64,000 bases of DNA from contig OZ024756.1 in NCBI GenBank assembly GCA_964016885.1, forward strand, positions 16,864,001-16,928,000, written 5' to 3'. The translations under genes were made by a program, and so were the position numbers. Shown here piece by piece: positions 1 through 13,049 of this stretch. The stretch is from Eledone cirrhosa. Taxonomy: Eukaryota. The notes beneath the pieces are model-generated. The model was given only the letters and a program-made list of their open reading frames with translations, did not search any database and was not told the origin of the DNA. How positions within the stretch are numbered: position 1 is the first letter of the stretch; every line of letters begins with the position of its first letter.

Positions 1-190
1 GGCGGTGGATTGGCAGTATCGGTAGAGGGTTGGACGCCATGCTTTGATGCATAGAGTTACGGCCCTTGCTATTCTGAGTTCAAATCCCGCCGAGGTTAAC
101 TTTGTCTTTCATCCTTACGGGGTCGATAAAATAAAGTACCAGTAATGTACTGGGTAATTTCTGGCCTTGTGCCAATAGTAGAAACAATTA
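1..190 (+). mobile_element. tRNA-derived SINE family A (central domain resembling Meta/MESC domain), (ATT)n tail
   Basis: Box A-like TGGCAGTATCGG, box B GAGTTCAAATCC, central CTTTCATCCTTACGGGGTCGATAAAATAAAGTACCAG, tail GTAGAAACAATTATT; more than 10 near-identical copies in the window. Confidence 0.85.
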
Positions 191-418
191 TTGTTTCCAT
201 AATAATATTGTATGCTTGAATTATATTTTCATATCTAATTTGCATTGAGCTTTTGTGGTGTATAACTAAATTGAAGACGATTTTATTTCGATTTATAACT
301 CTGTGTTTGTGTATATATGCGAATATATATATATATATATATAATATAGTGTAGGTGATTCAATGAATTATTGGTGTTGGTACCAAAGCAAGCCCTCTAG
401 GCATATATTTTCGCCAGT

Positions 419-520
419 CTGAAGAGCAGATCAATAGTGGAGTCAGGTCCATAACTCCTATGGGTGACTGTGAGCCAATCCTCTGCAAAACGCACGTTAC
501 AGGTCAATACACAATAAATA
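419..520 (+). ncRNA. Degenerate minimal hammerhead-like motif (Penelope-type pLTR remnant)
   Basis: CTGAAGA-GCAGA...TCTGC-AAAAC-GCAC-GTTA followed by AATAAA; the GAAAC core appears CpG-decayed. Confidence 0.35.
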
Positions 521-991
521 TTGAATACATGTAAAAAAAACTTCCTCGGCTTTTTTCTAATATATATATATATATAATAGCAGAGTACCTGTAAAAAATG
601 ATTGGGTTTATAGTAAAATATATTTAAATAGTTTCCTTGATTACAATATTCTGTGTAAAGATGTTTGAATCCTTGATTTTCCTTCACCTTCTTCCTCTTG
701 TCACTCCAGCTATTGTTGTATTTCATTTTACATTAATTTAAATTAATTACAATAATCTTAATCCATAATATCTTTAATCATTATGAAACATATATGACTT
801 TGTTCTACCTATCTATCTATCTGTCTATATATCTATCTATCTACATACCTATCTATAGATAATTATAAATTGGTAGGCAGGCAGATAGATAAATAGACAG
901 ATATGTATGTAGCTGGATGAATAGACAGATAGATATATGTGTAGATAGAGGAATATGGCTTTGGAGTTTCTTAACAGTGATATCTACAGGA

Positions 992-1740
992 ATAATAATT
1001 GTTTCTACTTTTAGGCACAAGGCCAGCAATTACCCAGTACATTACTGGTACTTTATTTTATCGACCCCGTAAGGATGAAAGGCAAAGTTAACCTCGGTGG
1101 GATTTGAACTCAGAATGGCAAGGGCCGTAACTCTATGCGTCAAAGCATGGCGACCGACACTCTACCGATACTGCCAATCCACTGCCCTCTATCCACTATC
1201 TACAGGAATAATAATTGTTTCTACTTTAGGCACAAGGCCAGCAATTACCCAGTGCATTACTGGTACTTTATTTTATCGACCCCGTAAGGATGAAAGGCAA
1301 AGTCAACCTCGGCGGGATTTGAACTCAGATCGTAAAGGGACGTAACTATGCTGGAAAGCATGGCGTCCGACCCTCCACCGATACTGCCAATCCAAATGAT
1401 TTCTAGTATAGGCACAAGGCCAGTAATTTGGGGGGGGGAGGGGAAAGTTGATTAAATTGAGCCCAGTACGTTACTGGTGCTTTATTTTATCGACCCTGTA
1501 AGGATGAAAGGCAAAGTTAACCTCGGCAGGATTTGAACTCAGACCGTAAAGGGACGTAACTCTATGCTGGAAAGAATGGCATCCGATGCTCTACCTATAC
1601 TGCCAATCCAAATAATTCTTTCTAGCATTGGCACAAGGCCAGGAAGGGGGCTGTCACTGATATTGACCCGGAAGTATGAAAGACAAAGGTGACCTTGGCA
1701 AGATATGAACATAAAGAGCTGCTGACAGTCTAACAATTCT
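992..1740 (-). mobile_element. Cluster of 3-4 head-to-tail SINE family A copies
   Basis: Copies at about 992-1190, 1208-1394, 1396-1610 and a degenerate one at 1611-1740; ATCTACAGGAATAATAAT flanks the first copy on both sides (TSD-like). Confidence 0.85.
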
Positions 1741-1749
1741 ATTAGCATA

Positions 1750-1862
1750 ACACACACACACACACACACATATAATATATATACACACACATATATATAC
1801 ACACACATACATATATATACACACACATACATATATACAGATACATATATATACAGACACAT

Positions 1863-1907
<45 letters not shown>

Positions 1908-2348
1908 TATATATATATACACACATATATATATACAGATACATATATATACAGACACATACACACACACACACATATATATATATACACACACATATAT
2001 ATATATACACACATATATATACACACACATATATATACACACACATACATATATATACACACACATACATATATATACACACACATATATATACACACAC
2101 ATATATATACACACACATACATATATATACACACATACACACACACACATATATATATATACACACACATATATACACACACATATATATACACACATAC
2201 ATATATATACACACACACATACATATATACACATACATATATATACACACACATATACATACACACATACACACACATACACACACATACATATACACAC
2301 ATACACACACCAACACACACATATACACACACACACACATATATATAT
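1750..2348. repeat. (CA/TA)n compound microsatellite
   Basis: Direct reading. Confidence 0.95.
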
Positions 2349-2446
2349 GGGTGTCTCCAAATAATGTATACACACTTTGATTACCTGTACAGGCAACATT
2401 TATTAGAATGCTGAAGTGTGTGTATACATTTTTGGAGGACACCCTG
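2349..2446. mobile_element. About 100-bp Tc1/mariner-type MITE
   Basis: GGGTGTCTCCAAATAATGTATACACACTT is inverted against AAGTGTGTGTATACATTTTTGGAGGACACCCTG; CAGGGTGTC-type terminus in a TA context. Confidence 0.65.
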
Positions 2447-3258
2447 TGTATATATATTTAGGAGAGAGAGAGAGAGAGAGAGAGAGGGGGAGGGGAAAAA
2501 AAACAACAACAAAAGAAAAGAGAACGAGTCCAATGTACAGCTGAATTGCTGAGATGAAACATTTCAAAACAGGATATTTTCAGATGCTATTCCCTCTTCT
2601 AGTGTGATATTATCAATAAATGAGGAGAAAATTCACTGATGAAATACGAGACATGAAATTTTTCAACATTTCTATAAACTATTTCTGAGAGAGTTTTCTT
2701 TTAATTGAAGACTAAGTAAATGTTTATGAGAAGAATATATTTTTGATATTTATTCTTCAGGCTAAAAGGTAAACTTAGCAGTGTCTATGGAAACAGCTCA
2801 GCGTAAATATTTAGATTACCAGGAAGCATTATTCAGATGTTGCTGCTTCTTTTTATATGTGTATATATATACAGTTATATATATGTATATATATATATAT
2901 ATATATATAGTTATATATATATGTATATATGTATTTGTGTAGTTATATATGTATATATCTATATATACATATGTATAACTACATATATACATATATATAT
3001 GTATGTAGTTATATATATATATATATATATATTAGTTATATATGTATAATGTAATTATATATATGTATATATCTAGTTATATATGTTGTTATATTCTGTT
3101 TACATCTAAATAGTGAGTAAACTTTATACTAACTAAGTAACTACATTTTCAAAATAGACAACATCCCAAGGAAAGCTGCTTCATTAACTGGCATAAAGTT
3201 ACTTACTCACACATACACATTCCAGTCTCTGATCCACACACACTTTCCCCTTCTCCTC

Positions 3259-3290
<32 letters not shown>

Positions 3291-3706
3291 CTCTCTCCAC
3301 CTTGTCATCCATACATACACACACTCTCTCTCCACCTTCTCGTCCATACATACACATACACCCTACCTTCTTGTCTATACACACACTCTCTCTCTCTCTC
3401 TCCAGCCATTCACCCACACATACACACACACACTTCAGCTTCTGATCCACACATACACCCCCCCCCCACTCCAGCCTCTCATCCACACACACAACCCTCT
3501 GATCCAGACACACAATATTGTATAAATGCTACTGCTCCTAATGAAATATTTAAATCTATATTAGTAGAGCTGACTTTAGGTTCTAATAGTGACTACCTGT
3601 AGTACTTTGATTAATTAACCTATACTTTTGTCAGAAAATATGATTAATTCCTTTATATATTAATCAATATTTTTATACAGACACACACATAAATATATAT
3701 ATATAT

Positions 3707-3864
3707 GTAGAAGAGATATTTAATTTGTTGGAAATCCAACAAATATAAATGTTTATAACTGATTCAGAGCACTCGACAGATTTCTGGAGTAAGTATTCAA
3801 TGATATTAAATAAATGGAAATTATATTTATAAAATATGGTTTTATAAATATAGTTTCCATTTAT
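3707..3864. mobile_element. Short fold-back element related to the element at 53585-54004
   Basis: Shares AGCACTCGACA..TTTCTGGAGT..TCAATGATATTAA..AAATGGAAA with 53630-53700; ends in an internal palindrome. Confidence 0.6.
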
Positions 3865-4055
3865 CAGTGGATTGGCAGCATCGGTGGAGCATCAGACACC
3901 ATGCTTTGCAGCATAAAGTTATGGCCCTTTACGTTCTGAGTTCAAATCCCGCCGAGGTTAACTTTGCCTTTCATCCTTACGGGATCGATAAAATAAAGCA
4001 CCAGTAATGTACTGGGGGTAATTGCTATCCTTGTGCCAAATGTAGAAACAATTAC
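3865..4055 (+). mobile_element. SINE family A
   Basis: Same head, central domain and tail as 1-190. Confidence 0.85.
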
Positions 4056-4064
4056 ATATATATA

Positions 4065-4672
4065 TATACGTGAACGACAAAGCATAAATGAATTGAGAGA
4101 GAGACTGAGCATAAGAGGAATCAAATGCTGTGTGCAGGAGAGGCGGTTGCGCTGGTATGGACATGTGATGCGTATGAAGGATGACAGCTGCATAAAAAGG
4201 TGCAGAGCACTAGAAGTTGATGGAAACCGCAGAGTGGGGAGACCCAAGATGACCTGGGATGAGGTGATAAAAGCTGACCTTACCCAATTACACCTCTCAA
4301 AGACAATGACACACGACCGTGACTTCTGGCGTCACGCAGTAATACAGAGTACCCGACCTCCCATGGGTACAAGCTGAAGCATATAGACAATATGCCCCCA
4401 CACCCCCCACCGCAAGGTGGTCGTGGAGGTGCCACGGCAAAAAAGCACCCAGCCCACACTGTAAAGTGGACGTGTAGGCGCCACGAAAAAGCACCCAGCA
4501 CTCACTTTAAATGAGGTTGGTGTTGGGAAGGGCATCCAGCTGTAGAAATCAAGCCAAATCAGTTCCTGTATGGGCAAGGCATGGTCAGCCGACCAGACAC
4601 TGCCCACAACAGGACAACCCGTCTAACCCATGCTAGCGTGGAAGAACGGACGTAAAACGGTGATGATGATAT
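4065..4672 (+). mobile_element. 5'-truncated RTE-clade LINE (family RTE-1), (GAT)n tail
   Basis: Encodes RRLRWYGHVMR...GRPKMTWDEVIKADL...DRDFWR (RTE C-terminus); 3'UTR shared with the 31.6-kb and 62.7-kb copies. Confidence 0.9.
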
Positions 4673-5339
4673 ATATCATCATCATCATCATTTTACGTCT
4701 GCTTTTCCCTGCTTATATATATCACATAAGAAACGGAGAATCAGTGTTGCGGTGAATAAAATTTATTAGACATATTACAATCGTGTCTCTGGCGACCAGC
4801 TCGAAGCACGATCGATGTGATGATCAAACCTGACTCTGATATTGCACTTATTGTAAGTGTGATGGCATAAAAACTTGGAGAAATATGGTACATACTGTGA
4901 AGTGGTTGGCATTAGGAAGGGTATGTCAGAATGGAATGTATAAGCAAGACACAGTGAGCTGACTTGCCTAGCCACAGAATATGAGAACTCATCTAACCTA
5001 TGCAAGCATGAAAAATAGACAAAAATCGATGATGATGACAATGATGATTGGCAACTGGGGAGTCATATCTACTTTCTTGATTCTGATATTATCATAATCC
5101 TTAGGTTCTTTGATAGTGCTAAGAATCATGCCACTGGAAACACCATATTTTAGTATATAGTTCACAGATGATAATAGGGATGGTGGTGAAATGATAATGA
5201 TAATGTTCTTACTCTTACACTGACACTCTTATAAACACTGTTTGTCACCTATGTCTCCCTATACTAGCTTCTGTTACCCAGTTGACCTAATTAGCAATGG
5301 AGAAGAGTGCTTCAAAAGCAAAGTAACCAGAATGTGAAC

Positions 5340-5900
5340 AGTTCAGAAAATGTTCAGAAAGCATCTATCTCTGTTGGCAATGAATGGGTTATCTCTCTCT
5401 CTATAAATGAAAAATAAATGCCTGTGTATGTAGTGCAATGTTGCGTAGCAGTGAGACATGGGTACTGAATGTAGAGGATGTGCAAAAGACTGGAAAGAAA
5501 TGTGTTAGCATACTCTACTGATAATGTAATGTTTGTGTGTATGAAAGACAAGGCATAGATGAGTTGAGAAAAAAACTGGACACAAGAGGGATCAGATGTA
5601 GTTTGCAAGAGAGAAGACTACACTGGTACAGACATGCAATACATACATATTATGATTGTTGGGTAAAGGTGATACAGGAAAGGCATAAGTGGAGGGAAAC
5701 TGTTTTAGAGGAGGACCATGGAAGATATGAGCAGTGGTGGTGAGCTGATATAAGGATGTTAGAACTTAAAAAGGAGATGACAAAAGAAAGAGAAAAGTGG
5801 ATGGAAGCTGTTTTAGTGGAAGACTATGGAAGATATGGGAGGAGATGATAAGAGCTGATCTAATAACATTGAACCTTAAAAGGGGGATGACAAAGAATGC
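5340..5900 (+). pseudogene. Old degenerate RTE LINE fragment
   Basis: ERQGIDELRKKLDTRGIRCSLQERRLHWYRH aligns by eye with RTE-1; contains stops and frameshifts. Confidence 0.75.
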
Positions 5901-6765
5901 AATGAGTATTACAGTAACTGAACAAGTGAAACACTCATTGTCAAAATAGATGGCCGCAGTCCATTCACTTTTATTTTGGTTCCAATTATTTCTTTGCTCA
6001 CATTTCCAGCTGTTTGGTTACAATTGACAGATTTCCAATGGTAGGAACAGCTGGAAATGACAACCTCTCATAGATTTCAGATGAGCATATCAAATTAGTT
6101 ACATCAATCAACAAAAAGATGACATAATTATTTGAAATGAATTACCAAAGAAACATCATCATCATCATCATCATTCAACAGTTTGTGATCTTTATCTTGT
6201 TGGGCAATGTAGCCCGGGTTTGTCACCAAATGGAGCAGGTTGCCATTAGAGAAAGTGTTGCTACATGTGTCAGTTTAATCAGGTCACTGGTCACCCTTGG
6301 ATGTCTTTGGTAGTGACCCTTCTATTGCAAGTATTTGAGGTGGTCTAGTTCTCCAGTTTGAAGATACATTCCACCTTCCAACCCCTTTAAACACCAATCT
6401 TGAATAGGGTCAGGAATACTGTTTTTCTTTCCCTGAATAAACAATAAAACAGAAACACATACACACATACTTGCACATATACAACAACATACCTATATAC
6501 ACATACAAGCAAACATACACACAGATACATACCACACACTGACATACATACACACCTGCACAGCAAGACATACACACACATATACATATATACATACACA
6601 CACAAAAACATACTAACACGCGTACGCACATGCACACAGATATACACCACACGCATGCACACACAGAGAGAAAGACATACACAGATACACACACATATAC
6701 ATACTCACACATGCAGACAAACATACAAACACATGTACACAAACATGCACACAGATACACACCAC

Positions 6766-6812
<47 letters not shown>

Positions 6813-7161
6813 CATAGTTTCGTTGACAAGTATATTAATGTGCACAGACACGCAGATATATTGCCCTTGGTATGACAGTGTGGTTTTAGCTCAATGTAGG
6901 ATAACTAGTATTGCTACCTATCTCAACCTCCTTATCATCTATTGCACCATGTATGTGATACATTTTTAATGTAATTTTTATGTCATTTTTTATGTAATTT
7001 TTTATGGCATTTTATGACATTATGTGTGTTTTATTGTGTGCTTTATTGTGTGTTTTTCTATATAGCGCTGGCCTTGGGACCCCCTACTTGTCCTTTATCC
7101 TTGTTCTGGTGACTGAGCTTGATGGAGCCTGCAACCTCTGATATATTTTTGTTTATAGGAT

Positions 7162-7212
7162 CTGATGATTCCTGCCATAAGGTATGGATGAAACACTGTT
7201 AGCTAATAAAAC
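7162..7212 (+). ncRNA. Minimal hammerhead-like motif followed by AATAAA (Penelope-type pLTR)
   Basis: CTGATGA-TTCCTGCCATAAGGTATGGAT-GAAAC-ACT-GTTA-GCT-AATAAA; stem II is plausible, stem I is weak. Confidence 0.5.
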
Positions 7213-7614
7213 AATGTATTTCTAAGAACTCTTTGGTTATTCCTAAACTTATATATATACATATGCAGAGAAACATACAAACATGTACACACACAGATAC
7301 ACACAACACACATACAACCACACACACAGAAACACATATACACAGAACCACATGCAGAAACACATACAGAGAGAGAGAGAGCCACACACATACACACACA
7401 GAGAAACACATATACAGAGAGAGAGAGAGCCACACACATACATACACACTGAAGACAAGAAAATAGATGACCTGTCTGTCAACTGAGATTTGTTGTTTTT
7501 AATTTCCTAAGATTTCAATGGTTTCTGCACTTCTCATCTCTCTCTACTCCCTACCTATCTCTCTCTACTCCCTCTCTCTCTATCTCTATCTATCTATCTC
7601 TTCCCATATCGGCG

Positions 7615-8345
7615 TCATGTCACCACCATCATCATCACAACCCATCACCACCATCATCACAACCCACCACCACCACCATCACCATCATGATCATCACAAT
7701 CCACCACCACCACCATCATCATAACCCACCACCACCATCATCACAATCCACCACCACCACCATCATCATAACCCACCACCACCATCATCACAATCCACCA
7801 CCACCACCAACATCACAACCCACCACCATCATCAATATCACAACCCACCACCATCACCACCACCATCAACATCACAACCCACCACCACCATCATCACAAC
7901 CCACCACCACCATCATCAATATCACAACCCACCACCATCACCACCACCATCAACATCACAACCCACCACCACCATCAACATCACAACCCACCACCATCAC
8001 CAACATCACAACCCACCACCACCAACATCACAACCCACCACCACCATCATCAACATCACAACCCACCACCACCATCATCATCACAACCCACCACCACCAC
8101 CACCACCATCATCATCAACATCACAACCCCCCACCACCACCACCACCATCGTCACAACCCACCACCACCACCACCACCATCGTCACAACCCACCACCACC
8201 ATCATCAACATCACAACCCACCACCACCACCATCATCATCACAACCCACCACCACCACCATCATCATCACAACCCACCACCACCACCACCATCCTCCTCA
8301 TCACCCATCACCACCATCATTATCACCATCACTAACAGAACCCCC
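7615..8345. repeat. (CAC/CAT/ACA) degenerate trinucleotide-based tandem repeat
   Basis: Recurrent CATCACAACCCACCACCAC units. Confidence 0.9.
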
Positions 8346-8744
8346 ACATCATCATCATTATCAATATTATTACCAGTAGCAGCAACAACAGCACAGAATT
8401 CTAACTAAAAGAAAGTTGTTCCAGTCATTACTCCAGGTCTTCTGCTGCCAAACCACAGAACATTCTTGGAAGAGGTGATGGGGGGGGGGGGGGGGTAGCA
8501 AAGATATATTAGGAAAAAAAGCACTATATATATATATATAAAATAAAATAAAATAAAAATTAAAATATAATAAATAAGAATACAAAAAAGGTTTTAAAAT
8601 AGCAAAGGTAGTTGTTTTTATAAAATTACCAAATAGAATAGTTAGTGTAACGTCCTGTACCACATGAAACAGCATTAGGACATTTTTGAGAGATGGGGAG
8701 AGCAGAAGAGGCGGAGGCAGGAACAGTGGGAGTTTGGTCCTTTT

Positions 8745-8935
8745 AAATAATAATTGTTTCTACTTTAGGCACAAGGCCAGCAATTACCCAGTGCATTACT
8801 GGTACTTTATTTTATCGACCCTGTAAGGATGAAAGGCAAAGTCAACCTTGGCGGGATTTGAACTCAGATCGTAAAGAGACGTAACTATGCTGGAAAGCAT
8901 GGCGTCTGACCCTCTACCGATACTGCCAATCCACC
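8745..8935 (-). mobile_element. SINE family A inserted at the tail of a CR1b copy
   Basis: Full SINE sequence abutting the CR1b (ATT)n tail. Confidence 0.85.
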
Positions 8936-8936
8936 T

Positions 8937-9483
8937 AATAATGAAATTATTGTGTACAGTGCTCAGGTGCACTACAACTCGTCAAAGGTGCATGTATAGT
9001 ACATAGAATAATGTACAAATGTCAGGGAAGTGAATAGTGTATGAGTCATGATATAGATGTGTGTATGTGTATGGAGGGGGAATATTAGGTGTAGTGTTGG
9101 CGAATTTCAGGAAGCATGGAGGTTTTAAAGGATGCAGTGTTTTAAAGGATGCAGTGTTTTAAAGGATGCAGGTAGTTTGTTCCATGCTTCAGCAACTCTG
9201 AGCGTGAAATAATGTTTCCGAAAGTCATGGGAACTGTGCTGTTTTCTGACTTTGTAAGCATGCCCATGTGTGTTAGACACATGGAAATCAAAAAGGTACT
9301 CAAAGTTGTTGTTGGCAAGATGGTTAATAATTTTGTGGGTGTTTACCAAGTCAGTTGCCAGACGTCGGAGCTTCAATGTATCCATCCCCAGGCAAGCAAG
9401 GCGTTCAGAGTATGGTAGATGCCTGATGGAGGGTATTCGCTTGGTTGCACGTTTCTGAACAGTTTCCAGGTGGTCAATGTTCG
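8937..9483 (-). mobile_element. 5'-truncated older CR1-group LINE (CR1b)
   Basis: LKLRRLATDL...THGHAYKV...RKHYFTLRVAEAWNKLP is a typical CR1 ORF2 C-terminus. Confidence 0.85.
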
Positions 9484-9629
9484 GACTTGGTGTATATATA
9501 TGTGTATATAAGAGAATGAGTCTAAAAGATGTTTCCTGTAAATGGAATTATTACTTTACTTGGACTACCTTTTATTTTCTGATGAGAAAGTTAAATAAAA
9601 TAGCATTAAGGCTGCATCACTTTAAAAAT

Positions 9630-9800
9630 TGTCCCTACTTTTGGCACAAGGCCAGCAATTATCCCAGTTCAGTACTGGTGCTTTATTTTATCGATGCCAT
9701 AAGGATGAAAGGCAAAGTTAACCTCAGAAGGGATTTGAACTCAAACCGTAAAGGGCGGTAACTCTATGCTGCAAAGCATGGCATCTGACCCTCTACCGAT
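9630..9800 (-). mobile_element. SINE family A
   Basis: Reverse complement of the head and central domain. Confidence 0.8.
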
Positions 9801-9991
9801 TCTGAAGTCTTTACACTAATACTGCAATATTTTACATTGATCTGTCTAGCAGTAAAGATATTATAATTATTTGGATTAACAAACATGTTTTTAGAGATTT
9901 TCTGCTAAATCAGTGAAGAATTTTAAATGTTGAAACTGGAACTTCTAAACGTGTAGGATAATTTCTTTGTTAGGTAGAGTAAAAGAGAAAT

Positions 9992-10430
9992 ATGGTGAGG
10001 TGGTGGTTGTAGTGTGGTGGTGAGGTGGTGGTTGTAGTGTGGTGGTGAGGTGGTGGTTGCAGTGTTGTGGGGAGGTGGTGGTTGTAGTGTGGTGGGGAGG
10101 TGGTGGTTGCAGTGTTGTGGGGAGGTGGTGGTTGCAGTGTTGTGGGGAGGTGGTGGTTGTAGTGCGGTGGGGAGGTGGTGGTTGCAGTGTTGTGGGGAGG
10201 TGGTGGTTGCAGTGTTGTGGGGAGGTGGTGGTTGCAGTGTTGTGGGGAGGTGGTGGTTGTAGAGAGAAATATGGTGAGGTGGTGGTTGTAGTGTGGTGGT
10301 GAGGTGGTGGTTGTAGTGCGGTGGGGAGGTGGTGGTTGCAGTGTTGTGGGGAGGTGGTGGTTGCAGTGTGGTGGTGAGGTGGTGGTTGTAGAGAGAAATA
10401 TGGTGAGGTGGAGGTTGTAGAGTTGTGGAG
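9992..10430. repeat. 24-bp G-rich minisatellite
   Basis: GGTGGTTGCAGTGTTGTGGGGAGG-type units. Confidence 0.9.
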
Positions 10431-10679
10431 GTGTGGTGGCTTTACAGTTCTACAGTTGTATTGTTCTACAGAGAAATCTGAGAAGTTATGTTTCCTTCAC
10501 TATGGCGTCACTATAAGATATTCTATGAGGTAAGAGATGATTTACCCACTAAAGAATGATAGATATCTCGACAGCAACAATATTTAATCAGAGCAAAGGA
10601 GCAATGGGAAATTTTATAAAAAAACATATATACACATATATAGTTAAAAGAATAGAGGTGTAACACACAAGTTATTATA

Positions 10680-11075
10680 TATTGGTAAACGGAATAGAAA
10701 ATGCTGACAAATTGTTCACAGTTGAAAAATGGTTTAATTAGGAATAAAAGAGTATTAGTGATTGTATGGGTTAGTATTCAGTTGTGGTTTTAAGTTTTTA
10801 AGTTTTTACCGGTTGTGCATTTCTAAATGCTTTTCAAAAATAATTTTGAGATAGAGTGTCCTTGCTGTTTGCTCAGATCAGAGCAAACAGCACGGACACT
10901 CTATCTCAAAATTATTTTTGAAAAGCATTTAGAAATGCGCAACCGGTAAAAACTTAAAAACTTAAAACCACAACTTAATACTAACCCATACAATCACTAA
11001 TACTCTTTTATTCCTAATTAAACCATTTTTCAACTGTGAACAATTTGTCAGCATTTTCTATTCCGTTTACCAATA
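10680..11075. repeat. Near-perfect palindrome with arms of about 195 bp (fold-back element)
   Basis: TATTGGTAAACGGAATAG...GCTC-AGATCA-GAGC...CTATTCCGTTTACCAATA with few mismatches. Confidence 0.9.
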
Positions 11076-11351
11076 CACATATATATATATGTTTCTGCAT
11101 GCGTATGTATGTTTCTGCATGCGTGTGTATGATTCTGCATGCGTGTATATGCTTCTGCATGTGTGTGTATGCATGCATATGTATGTATTTATGTACATGT
11201 ATTTGTATATACTTGCTTGTGTGTGTCAATGTGTATATGCATGCATGTGTGTGTGCATGTATATATATGTACATATATACATATATACATATATGTGAAT
11301 GCATGTTTGAGTATTTATATAAGTACAAATGTATTTTCACTGAAGGTTGCA

Positions 11352-11499
11352 GTATGATATTACTAAACTATATATATAGTTACTTTCCCAAGTATTGAGT
11401 ACTTAGCTGAAATATCAGTTTAGACTAGTAAGACCATTATTCAGCTAAGTACGCAATACTTGGGAAAGTAACTACATATATAGTTAGGTAATATCATAC
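11352..11499. repeat. Inverted repeat with arms of about 58 bp and a loop of about 30 bp
   Basis: GTATGATATTAC...GTACTTAGCTGAA against TTCAGCTAAGTAC...GTAATATCATAC. Confidence 0.85.
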
Positions 11500-11605
11500 A
11501 CAAATACGTATACATATATACATATACAAATACACATATATATATACATACATATATATATATATATACATACATACATATACATATATATATATATACA
11601 TATAC

Positions 11606-11638
<33 letters not shown>

Positions 11639-11775
11639 CACAAATACACATATATATACATATATATATATACATACATATATATATATACATATATATA
11701 TATACACATACATATATATATACATATACAAATACACATATATATACATACATATATATATATATACATACATAC

Positions 11776-11806
<31 letters not shown>

Positions 11807-12322
11807 CATACATATACAAATACACATATATATACATATATATACAAATACACATATATATACATATATATACAAATACACATATATATATACATATATA
11901 TATATACATACATATATATATACATATATATACATACATATATATATACATATATATATATACATACATATATATATATACATACATACATATATACACA
12001 TATATATACATACATATATATATACATACATATATATATATACATATATATATATACATATATATACATATATACATATACATACATATATACATATACA
12101 TATATATATATATATACATATATATACATATATACATATACATACATATACATATATATATATATATACATACACATACAAATACACATATATATACATA
12201 CATATATATATATACATACATATATATATATACATACATATATATATACATACATACATATATATATGTATGTATGTATATATATATGTATGTATATATA
12301 TATATGTATGTATATATATATA
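11500..12322. repeat. (TA/TACA)n microsatellite upstream of the CR1
   Basis: Direct reading; strand orientation flips at about 12262. Confidence 0.95.
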
Positions 12323-12405
12323 TGTGTGACTTGCTGCTTACTCCCCGAGTAAGCAGCAAGTCACACAGCCACAAAACAAAACCACAAGACAAAACCAAAC
12401 AAACA

Positions 12406-13038
12406 AAAATTGACCGGTTAATACATTTTCATACATCTATATTATTATATATTTGAAAATTGACCGGTTAATACATTTTTCATACATCTATATTATTATA
12501 TATTTGAAAATTGACCGGTTAATACATTTTTCATACATTTATATTATTATATATTTGAAACCACGTGTTTTCGAACTTGTGAGTACATTTTCCTTTAACT
12601 ACAAATTATTATTATATACTTTCGTCTTTTCATTAATTTCAAATAACCAGAATATACATATATATATATATATATACTCATATTTATATATATACGCTTC
12701 TCACTCACACACAAGAAAAACAAAAAACAAAAATAAATTTAAAAAAAATATATATATATTGAAATACTTAACTAAAACACACACACACGAACTTGTGAGT
12801 ACATTTTCCTTTAACTACAAATTATTATTATATACTTTCGTCTTTTCATTAATTTAATTAATTTCAAATAACCAGAATATACATATATATATATATATAT
12901 ACTCATATTTATATATATACGCTTCTCACTCACACACAAGAAAAACAAAAAACAAAAAACAAAAATAAATCAAAAATAAATTTAAAAAAAAAAAAAAATA
13001 TATATATATTGAAATACTTAACTAAAACACACACACAC
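12406..13038 (+). repeat. Tandem duplications in the CR1a 5'UTR (three of about 51 bp; two of about 220-250 bp)
   Basis: AAAATTGACCGGTTAATACATTTT occurs three times; CGAACTTGTGAGTACATTTTCC occurs at about 12572 and 12788. Confidence 0.85.
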
Positions 13039-13049
13039 TCAAAACTAGA

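Noticed and set aside
7687-8379. His/Pro/Thr-rich 230-aa ORF
   Set aside because: Low-complexity trinucleotide repeat, similarly open in other frames; no splice or domain evidence.
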